Shown here one piece after another: positions 47,944-59,109 of a stretch of 64,000 nt of DNA. The DNA lies in the NCBI GenBank assembly GCA_964344595.1, contig CAYFNV010000004.1:80959-144958 (forward strand). The letters run 5' to 3'. The notes beneath the pieces are model-generated. The model was given only the letters and a program-made list of their open reading frames with translations. It was not told the DNA's origin and did not search any database. The position numbers and the translations under genes are program-made. The DNA comes from an uncultured Nitrospina sp. (GTDB lineage Bacteria > Nitrospinota > Nitrospinia > Nitrospinales > VA-1). How positions within the stretch are numbered: the stretch's first letter is position 1; the number at the start of each line of letters is the position of its first letter.

Positions 47944-49197
47944 TTATTTAATTCTTTTTATCCTGGCGCCCAAAGAGGATAGCTTTTTTTCCATACTTAC
48001 ATATCCGCGATCAATATGGTAAACACGGGAAATTATAGACTGACCTTTTGCTGCGAGGGCTGCCAGCACCAGTGACGCACTGGCTCGCAAATCAGTGGCC
48101 ATCAAGGGAGCCCCTGAAAGACCTTTCACACCATTTATGATAGCAGTATGCCCATCCAGTGTAATATCTGCTCCCATCCTTTTTAATTCTGCCACATGCA
48201 TAAACCGATTCTCAAATATTGTCTCCATGATAATACTCTGCCCACGCGACAAAGTCATTAATGCCATGAACTGAGCCTGTATGTCTGTGGGAAATCCTGG
48301 ATAAGGATGGGTTTTGGCATTGACAGCAATTATGGGGCGACTGCCTCGGACTCGGACCGAAGTATCTCCGATTTCCACATCAACCTGAGCTTCCTGAAGT
48401 TTTAGAATAATGGGCTCTACATGTTGCGGAATGCAATTTTCAATCAAGACTTCTCCCTGAGTTATAGCTGCTGCAATCATATAAGTGCCTGTTTCAATGC
48501 GGTCAGGAAAAATACGGCACTCGATCGGATCCAGCGATGAGACCCCCTGAATCGTAATCATATCGGTTCCTTGACCTGTAATTTTTGCTCCAGCCTGATT
48601 CAGGATATCAGCAAGAAATACAACTTCCGGTTCCTTTGCTGCATTTTCCAGTATGGTTTCTCCTTCAGCCAGTGATGCCGCCATCATCAGGTTCGCAGTA
48701 CCTGTCACAGAAACTGTGTCAAAGTAGAACTGGGTTCCCTTTAGAACATCAACAGTGCCATGAACATATCCCTGTTCCAACCATACCTTCGCCCCCATTG
48801 CTTCCAATCCTTTAATATGGAGATCAATAGGTCGCTCCCCGATAGCGCAGCCTCCCGGCAAAGATACCCTGGCACGACCTAATTTTGCCAATAAGGGTCC
48901 CAGAACCAAACAAGAAGCACGCATTGTAGAAACCAAGTCATAAGGTGCTTCCGGATTGTCTGCACATGCCGTATCCAGAATAATTTTTTCTTTTTGGTTA
49001 CTTTCTACTTCTACTCCCAAAGCTTTCAGGAGCTGAATCATTGTTGCCACATCACGGACTTTGGGAATCCCGCTAATAATATTCCTTCCACGAGTCAAAA
49101 GGGTTGCCGCCAGAACAGGAAGCACGGCATTCTTGGCCCCACTTATCTTGACAGTACCTTCTAAAGGACGCCCTCCTTCTATGACAATTTTATCCAT
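47944..49197 (-). CDS. murA: UDP-N-acetylglucosamine 1-carboxyvinyltransferase
   Basis: The sequence is MDKIVIEGGRPLEGTVKISGAKNAVLP...LPGGCAIGERPIDLH. The start at 49197 overlaps the prmC stop by 8 nt. The track extension to 49233 is unlikely. Confidence 0.95.
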   Translation of the reverse strand: MDKIVIEGGRPLEGTVKISGAKNAVLPVLAATLLTRGRNIISGIPKVRDVATMIQLLKALGVEVESNQKEKIILDTACADNPEAPYDLVSTMRASCLVLGPLLAKLGRARVSLPGGCAIGERPIDLHIKGLEAMGAKVWLEQGYVHGTVDVLKGTQFYFDTVSVTGTANLMMAASLAEGETILENAAKEPEVVFLADILNQAGAKITGQGTDMITIQGVSSLDPIECRIFPDRIETGTYMIAAAITQGEVLIENCIPQHVEPIILKLQEAQVDVEIGDTSVRVRGSRPIIAVNAKTHPYPGFPTDIQAQFMALMTLSRGQSIIMETIFENRFMHVAELKRMGADITLDGHTAIINGVKGLSGAPLMATDLRASASLVLAALAAKGQSIISRVYHIDRGYVSMEKKLSSLGARIKRIK

Positions 49198-50083
49198 TCG
49201 CAACCCTTTTGCATGCCAGAACCACCCTGTCATAACCGGAATAATCTTTCACCACTTGAATATCCCGGTACCCGGAGCATTTTTCCATTATTGCAACTAC
49301 TGAGGCAGCCTGATTATGCCCGATCTCCAAAGCTAACCATCCCCCCTCTTGCAACTTTTTCAATGCAATTGGAACGATGTATCGATAATAATCCAAACCA
49401 TCTTGACCTCCATCCAAAGCCTGGACCGGTTCATATTGTCGAACCTCAGGCATACATTTAATCAAGTTTTTCGATTCAATATACGGTGGGTTGGAAACAA
49501 TCAAGTCATAGGGTCCTTGCCAGTCCTCTGCCATAAAATCAGCTGCCATAAAGCAAATCCGATCCGCCACATCATGTTGCAAGGCATTATTTCGTGCGAC
49601 TTCCAAAGTTGAGCTTTCAATCGCCGTGATTTTACTTTGGGGAATTTCTTTTGCTAAAACAATTGCAAGGACTCCTGACCCAGTTCCTAAATCAAGAATG
49701 CTTGTTGGCGTAGATTTTTTATTCAATAATTTCAAACATTGTTCAACCAGAATTTCGGTTTCTGGCCTGGGCGTCAATACTTTCCCATTCACTGCAAATT
49801 CCAGCGACCAGAATTCCTGGATACCAATAATATGAGAGACAGGTTCGCGTAAGACCCTCCTCTTAATCCTTGAACTAAATTTCTCCACCTCGCTACGAGT
49901 CAAAACCCTTTCAGGATATGTCATCAGCTCTGTCCTGGATATATCAAGGCTCCCTGCCATTAAAACTTCTGTGTCCAGTCGAGGCGATTCAACTTCTGCC
50001 TGTAAAAGTTTTTGTTGAGCCCAATCGAGGTAAGAAACGAGTGTAGAACATTGATCCAATGTCGCCTCTTCAATAATCTCCAC
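49190..50083 (-). CDS. prmC: Release-factor glutamine N5-methyltransferase
   Basis: It has the SAM motif LDLGTGSGVLA and the catalytic motif VSNPPYI. It lies directly after prfA. Confidence 0.92.
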   Translation of the reverse strand: MEIIEEATLDQCSTLVSYLDWAQQKLLQAEVESPRLDTEVLMAGSLDISRTELMTYPERVLTRSEVEKFSSRIKRRVLREPVSHIIGIQEFWSLEFAVNGKVLTPRPETEILVEQCLKLLNKKSTPTSILDLGTGSGVLAIVLAKEIPQSKITAIESSTLEVARNNALQHDVADRICFMAADFMAEDWQGPYDLIVSNPPYIESKNLIKCMPEVRQYEPVQALDGGQDGLDYYRYIVPIALKKLQEGGWLALEIGHNQAASVVAIMEKCSGYRDIQVVKDYSGYDRVVLACKRVANG

Positions 50084-50084
50084 A

Positions 50085-51149
50085 TTATTCTCCTTTAAGA
50101 GCCTGCGTCTGAAAATGAAGTGTTAGTGCATCAATAATCTCCGTAAGATCTCCCTCCATCACCAATGAGAGCTTATGCAGAGTAAGGCCAATCCTGTGGT
50201 CAGTAACTCGTTCCTGGGGATAGTTGTAAGTACGAATACGACCACTACGGTCTCCAGATCCTACCTGTTGCTTGCGTTCACTGGCCATGGACTCTTGTTG
50301 CTTTCTCTGTTCTTCGTCATATAACCGAGCTCTTAATACCTTCATAGCCTTGTCCCGGTTTTTATGTTGTGATTTTTCATCCTGACAGGTAACTATCATA
50401 CCAGTAGGAATATGAGTCAATCGAACCGCTGAATCGGTGGTGTTAACACTCTGGCCACCTGGTCCCGAAGAACGATAAACATCTATTTTTATATCCGCCG
50501 GGTTAATCTTTATGTCTACATCCTCCACCTCCGGTAAAACTGCAACGGTCACTGCAGAAGTGTGAATGCGTCCCTGGCTTTCAGTATCCGGAACCCTTTG
50601 TACTCGATGAGTTCCTCCCTCGAACTTCAGCTTGCTATAAGCACCTTTTCCCACAATGCTGAAGATAACTTCTTTAAATCCTCCTTTGGCGGACAGGCTG
50701 GAGCTTAAGATATCCACCTGCCATTTTTTTTCTTCAGCATACCTCGAATACATACGAAACAAATCACCAGAAAAAAGACCTGCCTCTTCACCTCCGGTAC
50801 CAGCGCGAATCTCCATAATAACATTCCGGTCATCACGAGGGTCTTTAGGAAGCATAAGAATTTTCAGATCCTCTTCCGCTTTCTGTTTTTGGTTTTCCAG
50901 TTCGACCAGGTCTTCTTGAGCCATTTCAATTAAATCCGGGTCTTGCTCTTCTGCCAGGATCATTTTATTCTCATCAATTTGCTGGTTGATTTTCTGGAAA
51001 TCTTGAAATCGGAGGACAATAGGATGCAGTTCAGATTGCTCACGGGCATACTTCTGAAACTCTGACTGCTGGGAAATTATTTCAGGATCACTGAGGAGCT
51101 GATTGAGGTCATTGTAACGCTTCTCAACCGATTTCAGCTTATCAAACAT
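50085..51149 (-). CDS. prfA: Peptide chain release factor 1
   Basis: The GGQ motif is [15 protein letters not shown]1-type PxT tripeptide region; 354 aa. Confidence 0.95.
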   Translation of the reverse strand: MFDKLKSVEKRYNDLNQLLSDPEIISQQSEFQKYAREQSELHPIVLRFQDFQKINQQIDENKMILAEEQDPDLIEMAQEDLVELENQKQKAEEDLKILMLPKDPRDDRNVIMEIRAGTGGEEAGLFSGDLFRMYSRYAEEKKWQVDILSSSLSAKGGFKEVIFSIVGKGAYSKLKFEGGTHRVQRVPDTESQGRIHTSAVTVAVLPEVEDVDIKINPADIKIDVYRSSGPGGQSVNTTDSAVRLTHIPTGMIVTCQDEKSQHKNRDKAMKVLRARLYDEEQRKQQESMASERKQQVGSGDRSGRIRTYNYPQERVTDHRIGLTLHKLSLVMEGDLTEIIDALTLHFQTQALKGE

Positions 51150-51207
51150 GGATGGTTTCTAGAAAAACCCCCGGAAGCGGGGTTAGGGGAAAAGAAGATG
51201 AACTCGC

Positions 51208-51444
51208 TTATTGTGGATTCGCTGCTTCCTGAGCTTTGGCAGGTTGTGCCTTGGCATATTTGCGCTTGAATTTTTCAATGCGACCAGCAGTATCCACAAG
51301 TTTCTGTTTTCCGGTGAAGAAGGGATGACACTTGGAACAAATCTCCACATGTAAGTCTTTCAGTGTTGTATGGGTATGCACTTCGCTACCACACGCACAC
51401 CGTACTGTGGTCTCATAATATTCAGGATGAAGGCCTTCTTTCAT
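51208..51444 (-). CDS. rpmE: 50S ribosomal protein L31 (Zn-ribbon type A)
   Basis: The sequence is [21 protein letters not shown]...[13 protein letters not shown]. Confidence 0.95.
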   Translation of the reverse strand: MKEGLHPEYYETTVRCACGSEVHTHTTLKDLHVEICSKCHPFFTGKQKLVDTAGRIEKFKRKYAKAQPAKAQEAANPQ

Positions 51445-51460
51445 TATCTCAATCTCACCG

Positions 51461-52720
51461 TCAGGAGTTCATAGTCGCCAGAAATTCGGCGTTGGTTTTG
51501 GTTTCTTTAATCTTCTGTAAGAGAAGGTCCATCGTATCATGGATGCCCATTGGGATCAAAACTTTTCTCAATAACCACACACGTTGGAGATCTTCTTCCG
51601 GCAATAAAAGCTCTTCTTTTCGAGTACCAGAGCGGTTGATGTCGATCGAAGGAAAAGTTCTCTTATCCACCAGTTTACGATCAAGGACAATTTCCAAGTT
51701 ACCCGTTCCTTTAAATTCTTCAAAGATAACATCATCCATACGACTTCCCGTGTCTATCAGAGCCGTGGCGATAATGGTCAAGCTTCCTCCTTCCTCCAAA
51801 TTCCGGGCGGCACCGAAAAAACGTTTCGGTCTTTGCAGTGCATTCGAGTCCACACCACCCGACAATACTTTTCCGCTTGGTGGTACAATGGCGTTGTAAG
51901 CTCTTGCCAAACGGGTGATGCTATCGAGCAGAATTACAACATCCCTTTTGTGCTCTACCAGTCTCTTGGCTTTTTCAATAACCATCTCAGCAACCTGCAC
52001 ATGCCTTTGAGCCGGCTCATCAAAAGTTGAACTGATTACCTCACCTCGAACCGAACGCTCCATATCCGTCACTTCTTCAGGTCTCTCATCGATGAGCAAA
52101 ACAATTAACGCAACTTCCGGATAATTCGTACTGATGCTGTTTGCAACAGATTGCAATAACATGGTTTTACCCGTCCTTGGCGGCGCAACAATCAATCCGC
52201 GTTGCCCCTTGCCAATTGGGGTCATCAGATCCATCACACGTGCACTATAATCCTTACCTCCAGGGGTCTCTAACCGAATCCGCTCCTCAGGATATAATGG
52301 TGTCAAGTTATCGAATAAAATTTTATCTTTGGTCTTATCCGGATTCTCAAAGTTGATTGCTTCAACTTTCAATAAGGCAAAATACCTCTCGCTATCTTTG
52401 GGCGGACGAATCTGACCAGAAATGGTATCACCGGTACGCATGTCAAATTTGCGGATCTGTGATGGTGATACGTAAATATCGTCAGGCCCCGGAAGATAAT
52501 TGTAAGTAGGTGCCCTGAGAAAACCAAACCCATCGGGGAGAATTTCCAACACTCCCTGACCAAACATCAAACCATCCTTTTCAGTTTTGGCTTCCAGGAT
52601 CCTGAAAATGAGATCCTGCTTTCTAAGCCCACTGTGGCCCTGAATCTTCAGTTCCTTGGCTATGTTGGTGAGTTCGGAAATGGTTTTGGCCTTGAGTTCT
52701 TCTATGTTCATCTGGGTCAT
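51461..52720 (-). CDS. rho: Transcription termination factor Rho
   Basis: It has an N-terminal SAP-like segment ([15 protein letters not shown]), an OB/CSD RNA-binding domain, the Walker A motif APPRTGKT, and Q/R loops. The protein is 419 aa. Confidence 0.96.
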   Translation of the reverse strand: MTQMNIEELKAKTISELTNIAKELKIQGHSGLRKQDLIFRILEAKTEKDGLMFGQGVLEILPDGFGFLRAPTYNYLPGPDDIYVSPSQIRKFDMRTGDTISGQIRPPKDSERYFALLKVEAINFENPDKTKDKILFDNLTPLYPEERIRLETPGGKDYSARVMDLMTPIGKGQRGLIVAPPRTGKTMLLQSVANSISTNYPEVALIVLLIDERPEEVTDMERSVRGEVISSTFDEPAQRHVQVAEMVIEKAKRLVEHKRDVVILLDSITRLARAYNAIVPPSGKVLSGGVDSNALQRPKRFFGAARNLEEGGSLTIIATALIDTGSRMDDVIFEEFKGTGNLEIVLDRKLVDKRTFPSIDINRSGTRKEELLLPEEDLQRVWLLRKVLIPMGIHDTMDLLLQKIKETKTNAEFLATMNS

Positions 52721-53342
52721 GGTTTGTCGCTTCTTTGAGGAGGGTTAGGTTTGATTGTTCTCTTAATAGTTACGCCCTTGGAGTATTTTTCAGGTTCAAA
52801 GACGGGGAAGATTTAATAATAGTCCGGTGTTTTTATAAATTGCAGAGTTTGTCTTATGATTAACGGCGAAAGCACGAAAAAAATTAACTTGCTGATTGAT
52901 TGGTTTTCTTGGGAATTTTTATCAGGGAGCTTTCGGAGTTAACTAACTTTATCCAGTTCTATGCATTTTGTCAACTCCTTTTCTCAATAATAGGCATCAT
53001 CTTGACAATCCCCTGTCATAATTCATGCTGCTCGATATCTCCAGCAAAGCCCAAATCATTTCGCGCAGGTATTTTCGTCTTTTATTCGCTATAAATCAAA
53101 TTGAATTCTATGTCCACAGTCACCACTTCCTGTTAGACTTAACGAATAGAATTAGCTATCCAGTTCAATATATAGGCATCCCAACTCATTCAATCCTGAA
53201 CCTGATAACCAAGTTGCAAGAGACAGCTTCCGGGTAGTTATGCTCATTTCTTCTATGGACAAATCGAATCTGAGGGCTATACCATTACTGCAATGATTAT
53301 TTAACCAGCAACAATCATTTAGCTCTAACAAGTCGGCCCATA

Positions 53343-54308
53343 ATGATGTCGAAAAGCAAATCCCCATTTAAAGTTTCCTCGGCAAGCTTTGAGCCGGCTT
53401 ATATGGAATTGTTCCGTTCCGGCGAGCTATATCGTCGATCCCGGCAGGCTTTGCGTCATCTGGAAAACTGCAAGGTTTGTCCACGCGATTGCGAGATTAA
53501 CCGCCTTGAAGATGAAAAGGCCGTATGCAAAACCGGTCGACATGCCATTGTTGGCAGTTACGCTCCTCATTTTGGAGAAGAGGATTGCCTTAGAGGTACA
53601 AATGGAAGCGGCACCATCTTTTTTTCTCTCTGTAATCTTAAATGCGTATTTTGCCAGAACTATGACATCAGTCAGGATGGGGAAGGCATTGAAGTGAGCC
53701 CTCATGACCTCGCAGCCATGATGCTCAGCCTTCAACAACGTGGCTGCCACAATATCAACTTTGTCACTCCAGAGCATGTTGTCCCACAAATCCTTGAAGC
53801 GTTGCCTCTAGCGGTACAAATGGGACTGCGGCTTCCACTTGTTTACAACACCGGGGCTTATGACTCCATGGAAAGCATGCGTTTGATGGATGGCATCATA
53901 GACATTTATATGCCCGACTTCAAATACTGGGATAACGATCGTTCACAAAAATATCTTAAGGCCAAAGACTATCCTGAAACAGCCCGTACTGTGGTCCAGG
54001 AAATGCACCGCCAAGTGGGTGATTTATTACTGGATGAAAACGGGCTGGCAAAAAGAGGTGTGCTACTTAGGCACCTGGTAATGCCTGAGAATCTTGAAGA
54101 TACCGAGAATATCATGTCCTATATTGCAAGGGAGGTATCTCCCGATACCTATGTCAATATCATGGGGCAATATTTCCCAGCCGGTAAAGTGAGCGAAAGT
54201 AAATACTCCGAGATCAACCGCCGCCCCAGGAAAGCTGAAATAGAAACAGCAGAAAGTATCGCCAAGCAATACGGTCTACACCGCTTTGACAAACGTTCTT
54301 CTGAATAG
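53343..54308 (+). CDS. Radical SAM protein, PflX/COG1313 (PFL-activase-like) family
   Basis: It has the CX3CX2C motif FSLCNLKCVFCQNYDIS and an N-terminal Cys cluster (CKVCPRDCEINR...CKTG). The protein is 321 aa. Confidence 0.75.
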   Translation: MMSKSKSPFKVSSASFEPAYMELFRSGELYRRSRQALRHLENCKVCPRDCEINRLEDEKAVCKTGRHAIVGSYAPHFGEEDCLRGTNGSGTIFFSLCNLKCVFCQNYDISQDGEGIEVSPHDLAAMMLSLQQRGCHNINFVTPEHVVPQILEALPLAVQMGLRLPLVYNTGAYDSMESMRLMDGIIDIYMPDFKYWDNDRSQKYLKAKDYPETARTVVQEMHRQVGDLLLDENGLAKRGVLLRHLVMPENLEDTENIMSYIAREVSPDTYVNIMGQYFPAGKVSESKYSEINRRPRKAEIETAESIAKQYGLHRFDKRSSE

Positions 54309-54315
54309 CAGTGCT

Positions 54316-56061
54316 TCAAGGAAGGGTATGAAGCGTTTGTTTTATAGTTTTTGCAGCAGGCTGGTCTGGGTTAAGGCGAAGGCTGAATTTTAAATGATTG
54401 CGACCTAACTCAGGGTGGTCCGTTCGCTTCGCATAGAACATGCCCAGAGTATACTGATAATGAGCCGAGTTTGGCTCATGCAACATTGCCTCTTGGTATG
54501 CCTTGAGAGCCCCATTTGAATCTCCAATTTTATCCAGAAAAACCGCACGATTAAAATGAGCCAGCGCATAACCGGGGTCTAGCTTCAAGGCCCGGTTTAA
54601 TAAATCAAGACTTTCCCTTATCCGCTTTTGGTGTCCAAGAAAAACCGCTAGATGCGTGTAATATTTGGGTGTCTCCGGATTTTTCTGAATCAACTCTCGA
54701 TAAAGATTTTCTGCCTGGCCCCATTCTTCTCTTTCCCGATGAATATGGGCAGAATAAAGAACAGCCATATTATTTTCAGGCTCCAGAATTCTTGCCTGTT
54801 TCAATTTTTTCAGTGCCTGGTCCCGATCTCCCTTTTCCCAGTACGATAGACCGAGAAACATCATGGAGCGGGTGTGGTGGGAGTTTTTAGAAACACTGTC
54901 TTGCCATAAATGGAAGTCGTCTTGATACACCTGATTCCTTTTGATGCTTAATAAGCTAAACATTAAAATAACAGCTAGTACCAGACAACAACTTTCCCTT
55001 TTGGACACAGATACCATAGCGGTCAACACTATCAAAAGTCCCACTCCTGAAATATAAAGATAGCGATCAGCCATCATCTGTGGAATAGGAATGATGTGAG
55101 AAACTGGAAGCAATGCTATAGGAAACCAAACCAAGCCAAAAAATACTACCCTTTTATTTGAATAGCTCCATCGAACAAAAGCTATATAAGCTGATAGCAC
55201 AAGAGCCGAACTAAAAACCTGCGGTTCCAGTAAACTTTTATAAATCTGGTTGGGATACCAGATATTCAAATTGATGGGAAGCAGAAATTTGACCAAATAC
55301 TCTTTGAAAACCACGATCATGCTGAAAACTGTATTGATAGGGTTGTTATCCGGATGTTCCCGCAGACCTCCGCCGCTTAAATTCGATAAAATAGTCAGTA
55401 CTGCGACAACCATGAAAATTAAAAAATAATGTTTCTTATCTAAAAAGATATTTTTAATTGATTTATTTGTGAACGACACATCATATAGAACCAGCAAGAG
55501 GGGAAGGATCACTACAGAAGGTTTTGCTAAACACGCCAATAAAAATAAAAACAGAGAAACAAGGCGTGTTCCTTCACGAAGATAGGTTAAAAAAGAAAGA
55601 GAAAAAAATAAACAAGATAAAAGGTTTTTACGTTCTGCTATCCATGCCACGCTTTCAACCTGGACCGGGTGAACTAGAAAGAGCAGAGAAGCACAGAATG
55701 CATTTACTCCTGATCTGTTGATCTGCAGGACCAATTGATATACTAGAAGGGAGTTTATAAAGTGCAGAATAGCATTAGAAATATGATAGCCTTCTGGATT
55801 CAGTCCATATAACCAATAATCAACACTCAGGGAAAGGTAAGTGACAGGAATGTAATCCCACACATGGAACGAGGAAAAAATATTCCACAACCCCTGGATG
55901 TCCAAGGCTTTGATTAAATGGTTCTGGACGATATAGTGCTGGTCATCAAACACAAAACCATTTTCCAAAGTATTAAAATAGACCAACCCCGTTAAAGCCA
56001 GGAACAAGCCTGCCATGAAAGCACGATGGCTAAAATATGTTTTTATCAAAACAGACAACAT
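54316..56061 (-). CDS. GT-C fold membrane glycosyltransferase (TMTC/DUF1736-like) with C-terminal TPR array
   Basis: It is a paralog of 15849..17774, with GFVFDDQHYIV and HPVQVESVAWIAERKNLLS. The C-terminal TPR units include LAHFNRAVFLDKIGDSNGALKAYQEAM and others. Confidence 0.8.
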   Translation of the reverse strand: MLSVLIKTYFSHRAFMAGLFLALTGLVYFNTLENGFVFDDQHYIVQNHLIKALDIQGLWNIFSSFHVWDYIPVTYLSLSVDYWLYGLNPEGYHISNAILHFINSLLVYQLVLQINRSGVNAFCASLLFLVHPVQVESVAWIAERKNLLSCLFFSLSFLTYLREGTRLVSLFLFLLACLAKPSVVILPLLLVLYDVSFTNKSIKNIFLDKKHYFLIFMVVAVLTILSNLSGGGLREHPDNNPINTVFSMIVVFKEYLVKFLLPINLNIWYPNQIYKSLLEPQVFSSALVLSAYIAFVRWSYSNKRVVFFGLVWFPIALLPVSHIIPIPQMMADRYLYISGVGLLIVLTAMVSVSKRESCCLVLAVILMFSLLSIKRNQVYQDDFHLWQDSVSKNSHHTRSMMFLGLSYWEKGDRDQALKKLKQARILEPENNMAVLYSAHIHREREEWGQAENLYRELIQKNPETPKYYTHLAVFLGHQKRIRESLDLLNRALKLDPGYALAHFNRAVFLDKIGDSNGALKAYQEAMLHEPNSAHYQYTLGMFYAKRTDHPELGRNHLKFSLRLNPDQPAAKTIKQTLHTLP

Positions 56062-56232
56062 GAAATGAGGATATCACAGCCCAGCTCCAAATGGGCTGCA
56101 TACGGCCGCCGGGAAATTGTAATTTGACTATGCAGGACCAGAAAGGCAAAATAGCCGTTTATTGAATCTCCCTTATAATCAGATTCATTTTTCTTCAGAA
56201 ATTTATTCTCTCAACCCAGCAAGGATCCATTC

Positions 56233-56649
56233 ATGGCAAAGAATAAGAGCAAGCGAGACGACACCAGCCAATGCGAAAAATGCCTTCCGGCTTATTGTTG
56301 CAATTATTTCGCTTTCGGAATTGATGAACCTGAAGACCGGCGTGACTATGAAAGTTTATTGTGGAAAATTGCCCACGAAAACGTTTCATTCTATATCTAC
56401 CGAAACGACTGGTACATCATGATTCACAACCGATGCAATTTTTTACTGCCGGATAATAAGTGCGCCATTTATGAGCACCGGCCTTATATGTGTCGAGAAC
56501 ATAGTACAGAGTCCTGCGAATACACAGGTGACGACTACGGCTTTACCGAGCACTTTAAGAGTTATGACGATCTTTTGAAATATATTAAGGAGAATACAAA
56601 CTATAGATTTAAGCAGGAACCCACAGGCGTGCCACCCAACTGCCTATAG
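56233..56649 (+). CDS. YkgJ-family (UPF0153) cysteine-cluster protein
   Basis: It has the N-terminal motif CEKCLPAYCC and the later Cys residues C..C in DNKCAIYEHRPYMCREH. The protein is 138 aa. Confidence 0.6.
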   Translation: MAKNKSKRDDTSQCEKCLPAYCCNYFAFGIDEPEDRRDYESLLWKIAHENVSFYIYRNDWYIMIHNRCNFLLPDNKCAIYEHRPYMCREHSTESCEYTGDDYGFTEHFKSYDDLLKYIKENTNYRFKQEPTGVPPNCL

Positions 56650-56739
56650 TGAAAGTGGCAGTACCAAAGGTAATTTTGCTGATTTCTTTTTTCGAGATGA
56701 GTCCCGGCTCCTGCCAGGCTCGGCAAGATACAGGCGAGA

Positions 56740-57318
56740 TTACTTCTTTTCTTTTCCTTCAGACTTTTCTTCTTTTTTAGAGTCTGATTTCTTTTTCCCA
56801 GGCGCGGCCTTAGCTTTTTTAGGAGTCGTTGCTTTTGGTTTATCTTCTTTAGCTGCCGTTTCTTTTGCTTTCGGTTCAGCTTTCTTCGCCGCTTTTGGCT
56901 TGCTGTCTTTAGCTTCTTTTTTAGTTTCGACTTTTGCTTTAGGAGCAGGCTGAACATCACCTTCACGGTCAACCAGCTCTATAAAAGCCATTGGCGCATC
57001 ATCCCCTTTTCGATGCCCTATACGAATGATCCGGGTATACCCACCCGGACGGCTGGCATAACGCTCCGCGAGAGGACCAAACACTTTTTGGACAGCATCT
57101 TTAGCAGGCACCATTTTGAAAGCTTGACGTCGGGCATGAAGTGTACCTCTTTTACCCAGCGTGATGGTTTTTTCCACCTTGCCTCTCAACTCCTTGGCTT
57201 TAGCCAAAGTAGTCCTGATACGCTCTCTTTGGATAAGCGCACCAACAAGGTTTCTGAACAATGCTTTACGATGAGCAGAGCTCCTTCCAAATTTTCTACC
57301 TGCTTTTAAATGCCGCAT
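56740..57318 (-). CDS. rplQ: 50S ribosomal protein L17 with ~70-aa Lys/Ala/Pro-rich C-terminal extension
   Basis: The core runs [24 protein letters not shown]...[26 protein letters not shown] (about residues 1-118). The tail is [51 protein letters not shown]... Confidence 0.93.
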   Translation of the reverse strand: MRHLKAGRKFGRSSAHRKALFRNLVGALIQRERIRTTLAKAKELRGKVEKTITLGKRGTLHARRQAFKMVPAKDAVQKVFGPLAERYASRPGGYTRIIRIGHRKGDDAPMAFIELVDREGDVQPAPKAKVETKKEAKDSKPKAAKKAEPKAKETAAKEDKPKATTPKKAKAAPGKKKSDSKKEEKSEGKEKK

Positions 57319-57360
57319 GGTTGTTTATTACTCCTGTTATAGTTTACTGAAGCAGAACTT

Positions 57361-58389
57361 TTAAAGATCAACTTCAGTATCTATTTCTTTTTTCTTCTGA
57401 GCTTGAATGATCTGCTTGAGGTCCTCCTCATCAACCTTCATACCCAAATGCAAGCCCATATCCTCTAAAATTTCCTTGATTTCATTCAGAGATTTTCTAC
57501 CGAAGTTTCTGGTCTTAAGCATTTCACCATCAGTCTTTTGAACCAGTTCGGCAATAGTCTGGATATTGGCATTTTTGAGACAGTTATAGGAACGAACTGA
57601 CAGTTCCAGCTCTTCGACACATTTCGCCATACTTGTCAGCACCTTCTGTTTTTTCTCATCAACCTGAGGCTGTACCGGTTCCGGTTCTTCATCGAAATTG
57701 ATAAAAATCTGCATATGGTCTTTAACAATCTTGGCAGCATGAGCCACTGCATCTTCAGGTGTGATGCCACCATTGGTCCACAATTCCATAACCAAAGAAT
57801 CATAATCCGTAGATTGTCCAACACGGGTATTCTCTACATGATAGGTAATCTTTTCAATTGGAGAGAAACTGGCATCCACAGGGATCATTTGCACAGATTC
57901 ATTTTCGATGTTGTGACGATCAGCAGGAACATAACCCCGGCCTTTTCTCACAATCATTTCTATCTCCACTTCAGTACTCTGATCAATAGTCAAAATGGGA
58001 AGATCCGGGTTCAACACCTCCACATCCGGATCAGCCGAAATGTCTCTGGCGCAAATCGTACCCGGCTCTGAAGCTTTGATATAAATTCGTTTAGAACTCG
58101 CATCACCGGATAATTTGAGATTAACCTGTTTCAGGTTCAGGATAATTTCCGTAACATCTTCAACCACTCCCGGAATGGAAGAAAACTCATGAAAAATTCC
58201 CTCAAATTTTACGGCTACAATGGCAGCACCTTCGATGGATGACAAGAGCATTCTTCTCAACGAATTACCGATAGTCACCCCATACCCGCGCTCGAAAGGA
58301 CCAGCACTGAGTTTTCCATAAAACTCCGACTTGTTTTTCTTATCAAATTCTAATCGCTTAGGTTTAACGATTCCTTGGGCTGTGAACAT
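57361..58389 (-). CDS. rpoA: DNA-directed RNA polymerase alpha subunit
   Basis: The NTD is [25 protein letters not shown]. The CTD is [24 protein letters not shown]...[12 protein letters not shown]. Confidence 0.96.
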   Translation of the reverse strand: MFTAQGIVKPKRLEFDKKNKSEFYGKLSAGPFERGYGVTIGNSLRRMLLSSIEGAAIVAVKFEGIFHEFSSIPGVVEDVTEIILNLKQVNLKLSGDASSKRIYIKASEPGTICARDISADPDVEVLNPDLPILTIDQSTEVEIEMIVRKGRGYVPADRHNIENESVQMIPVDASFSPIEKITYHVENTRVGQSTDYDSLVMELWTNGGITPEDAVAHAAKIVKDHMQIFINFDEEPEPVQPQVDEKKQKVLTSMAKCVEELELSVRSYNCLKNANIQTIAELVQKTDGEMLKTRNFGRKSLNEIKEILEDMGLHLGMKVDEEDLKQIIQAQKKKEIDTEVDL

Positions 58390-58453
58390 GAAGTCTCCGA
58401 CCTCTTGATTAGGGAAAGTTTTTAATTAGTTTGTTGTGAGAATCCAATCAGCT

Positions 58454-59080
58454 TTAACGTGAGTAAAGCTCAACGATCAGCTGTTCTTCAATTGGCATGG
58501 TTACATGCTCTCTAGTTGGCAAAGCCTGTACAATACCCTGCTTACTATCCGCATCAAATGACAGCCAATCCGGCAAAGTTTTATCCTTAATATTCTCAAT
58601 CGCGTTTTTAACAGGTGCTTTTTTCACTTTATTGGGGTTCACAGCTATCGTGTCCCCTTGCCCGAGAGAATAAGACGGGATATTGACCTTTTTCCCGTTA
58701 ACGGTAAAGTGTCCATGCCTAACCAACTGGCGAGCTGTACTTCTTGAAGAAGCCAGCCCCATCCTATAAATAACATTATCCATCCGCAACTCTAAATTTT
58801 GCAGAAGGTTTTCGCCAGTAATACCTTTTTTCTTATCTGCAGCAAAAAAGTAATTCCGAAACTGCTTTTCCAGCACACCATAAATCCGTTTTACCTTTTG
58901 TTTTTCACGAAGCTGCACACCATATTCCGAGAACTTCTTCCTTCCCTGTCCATGCTGTCCTGGAGGGTACGCTCTTTTTTCTATAGCACATTTTGCCGTC
59001 TCGCAACGGGAACCTTTTAAATATAACTTTATGCCTTCTCGCCGACAAAGTCGGCAAACAGAACCTGTATACCTGGCCAA
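58454..59080 (-). CDS. rpsD: 30S ribosomal protein S4
   Basis: The sequence is (L/M)[22 protein letters not shown]... I prefer the TTG at 59080, preceded by AAAGGAGAAG. The track start at 59140 would overlap rpsK. Confidence 0.93.
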   Translation of the reverse strand: MARYTGSVCRLCRREGIKLYLKGSRCETAKCAIEKRAYPPGQHGQGRKKFSEYGVQLREKQKVKRIYGVLEKQFRNYFFAADKKKGITGENLLQNLELRMDNVIYRMGLASSRSTARQLVRHGHFTVNGKKVNIPSYSLGQGDTIAVNPNKVKKAPVKNAIENIKDKTLPDWLSFDADSKQGIVQALPTREHVTMPIEEQLIVELYSR

Positions 59081-59109
59081 ATTCAGCTTCTCCTTTCGGT
59101 TTAACGCAA

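Noticed and set aside
51363-51899. 178-aa plus-strand ORF spanning rpmE and the 3' end of rho
   Set aside because: It is antisense to two highly conserved genes. It is a shadow ORF.
56601-56972. 123-aa Lys-rich ORF on the minus strand
   Set aside because: It is an alternative reading frame of the Lys/Ala-rich tail of rplQ (AAG/AAA-rich DNA stays open in several frames). It has no independent start context.
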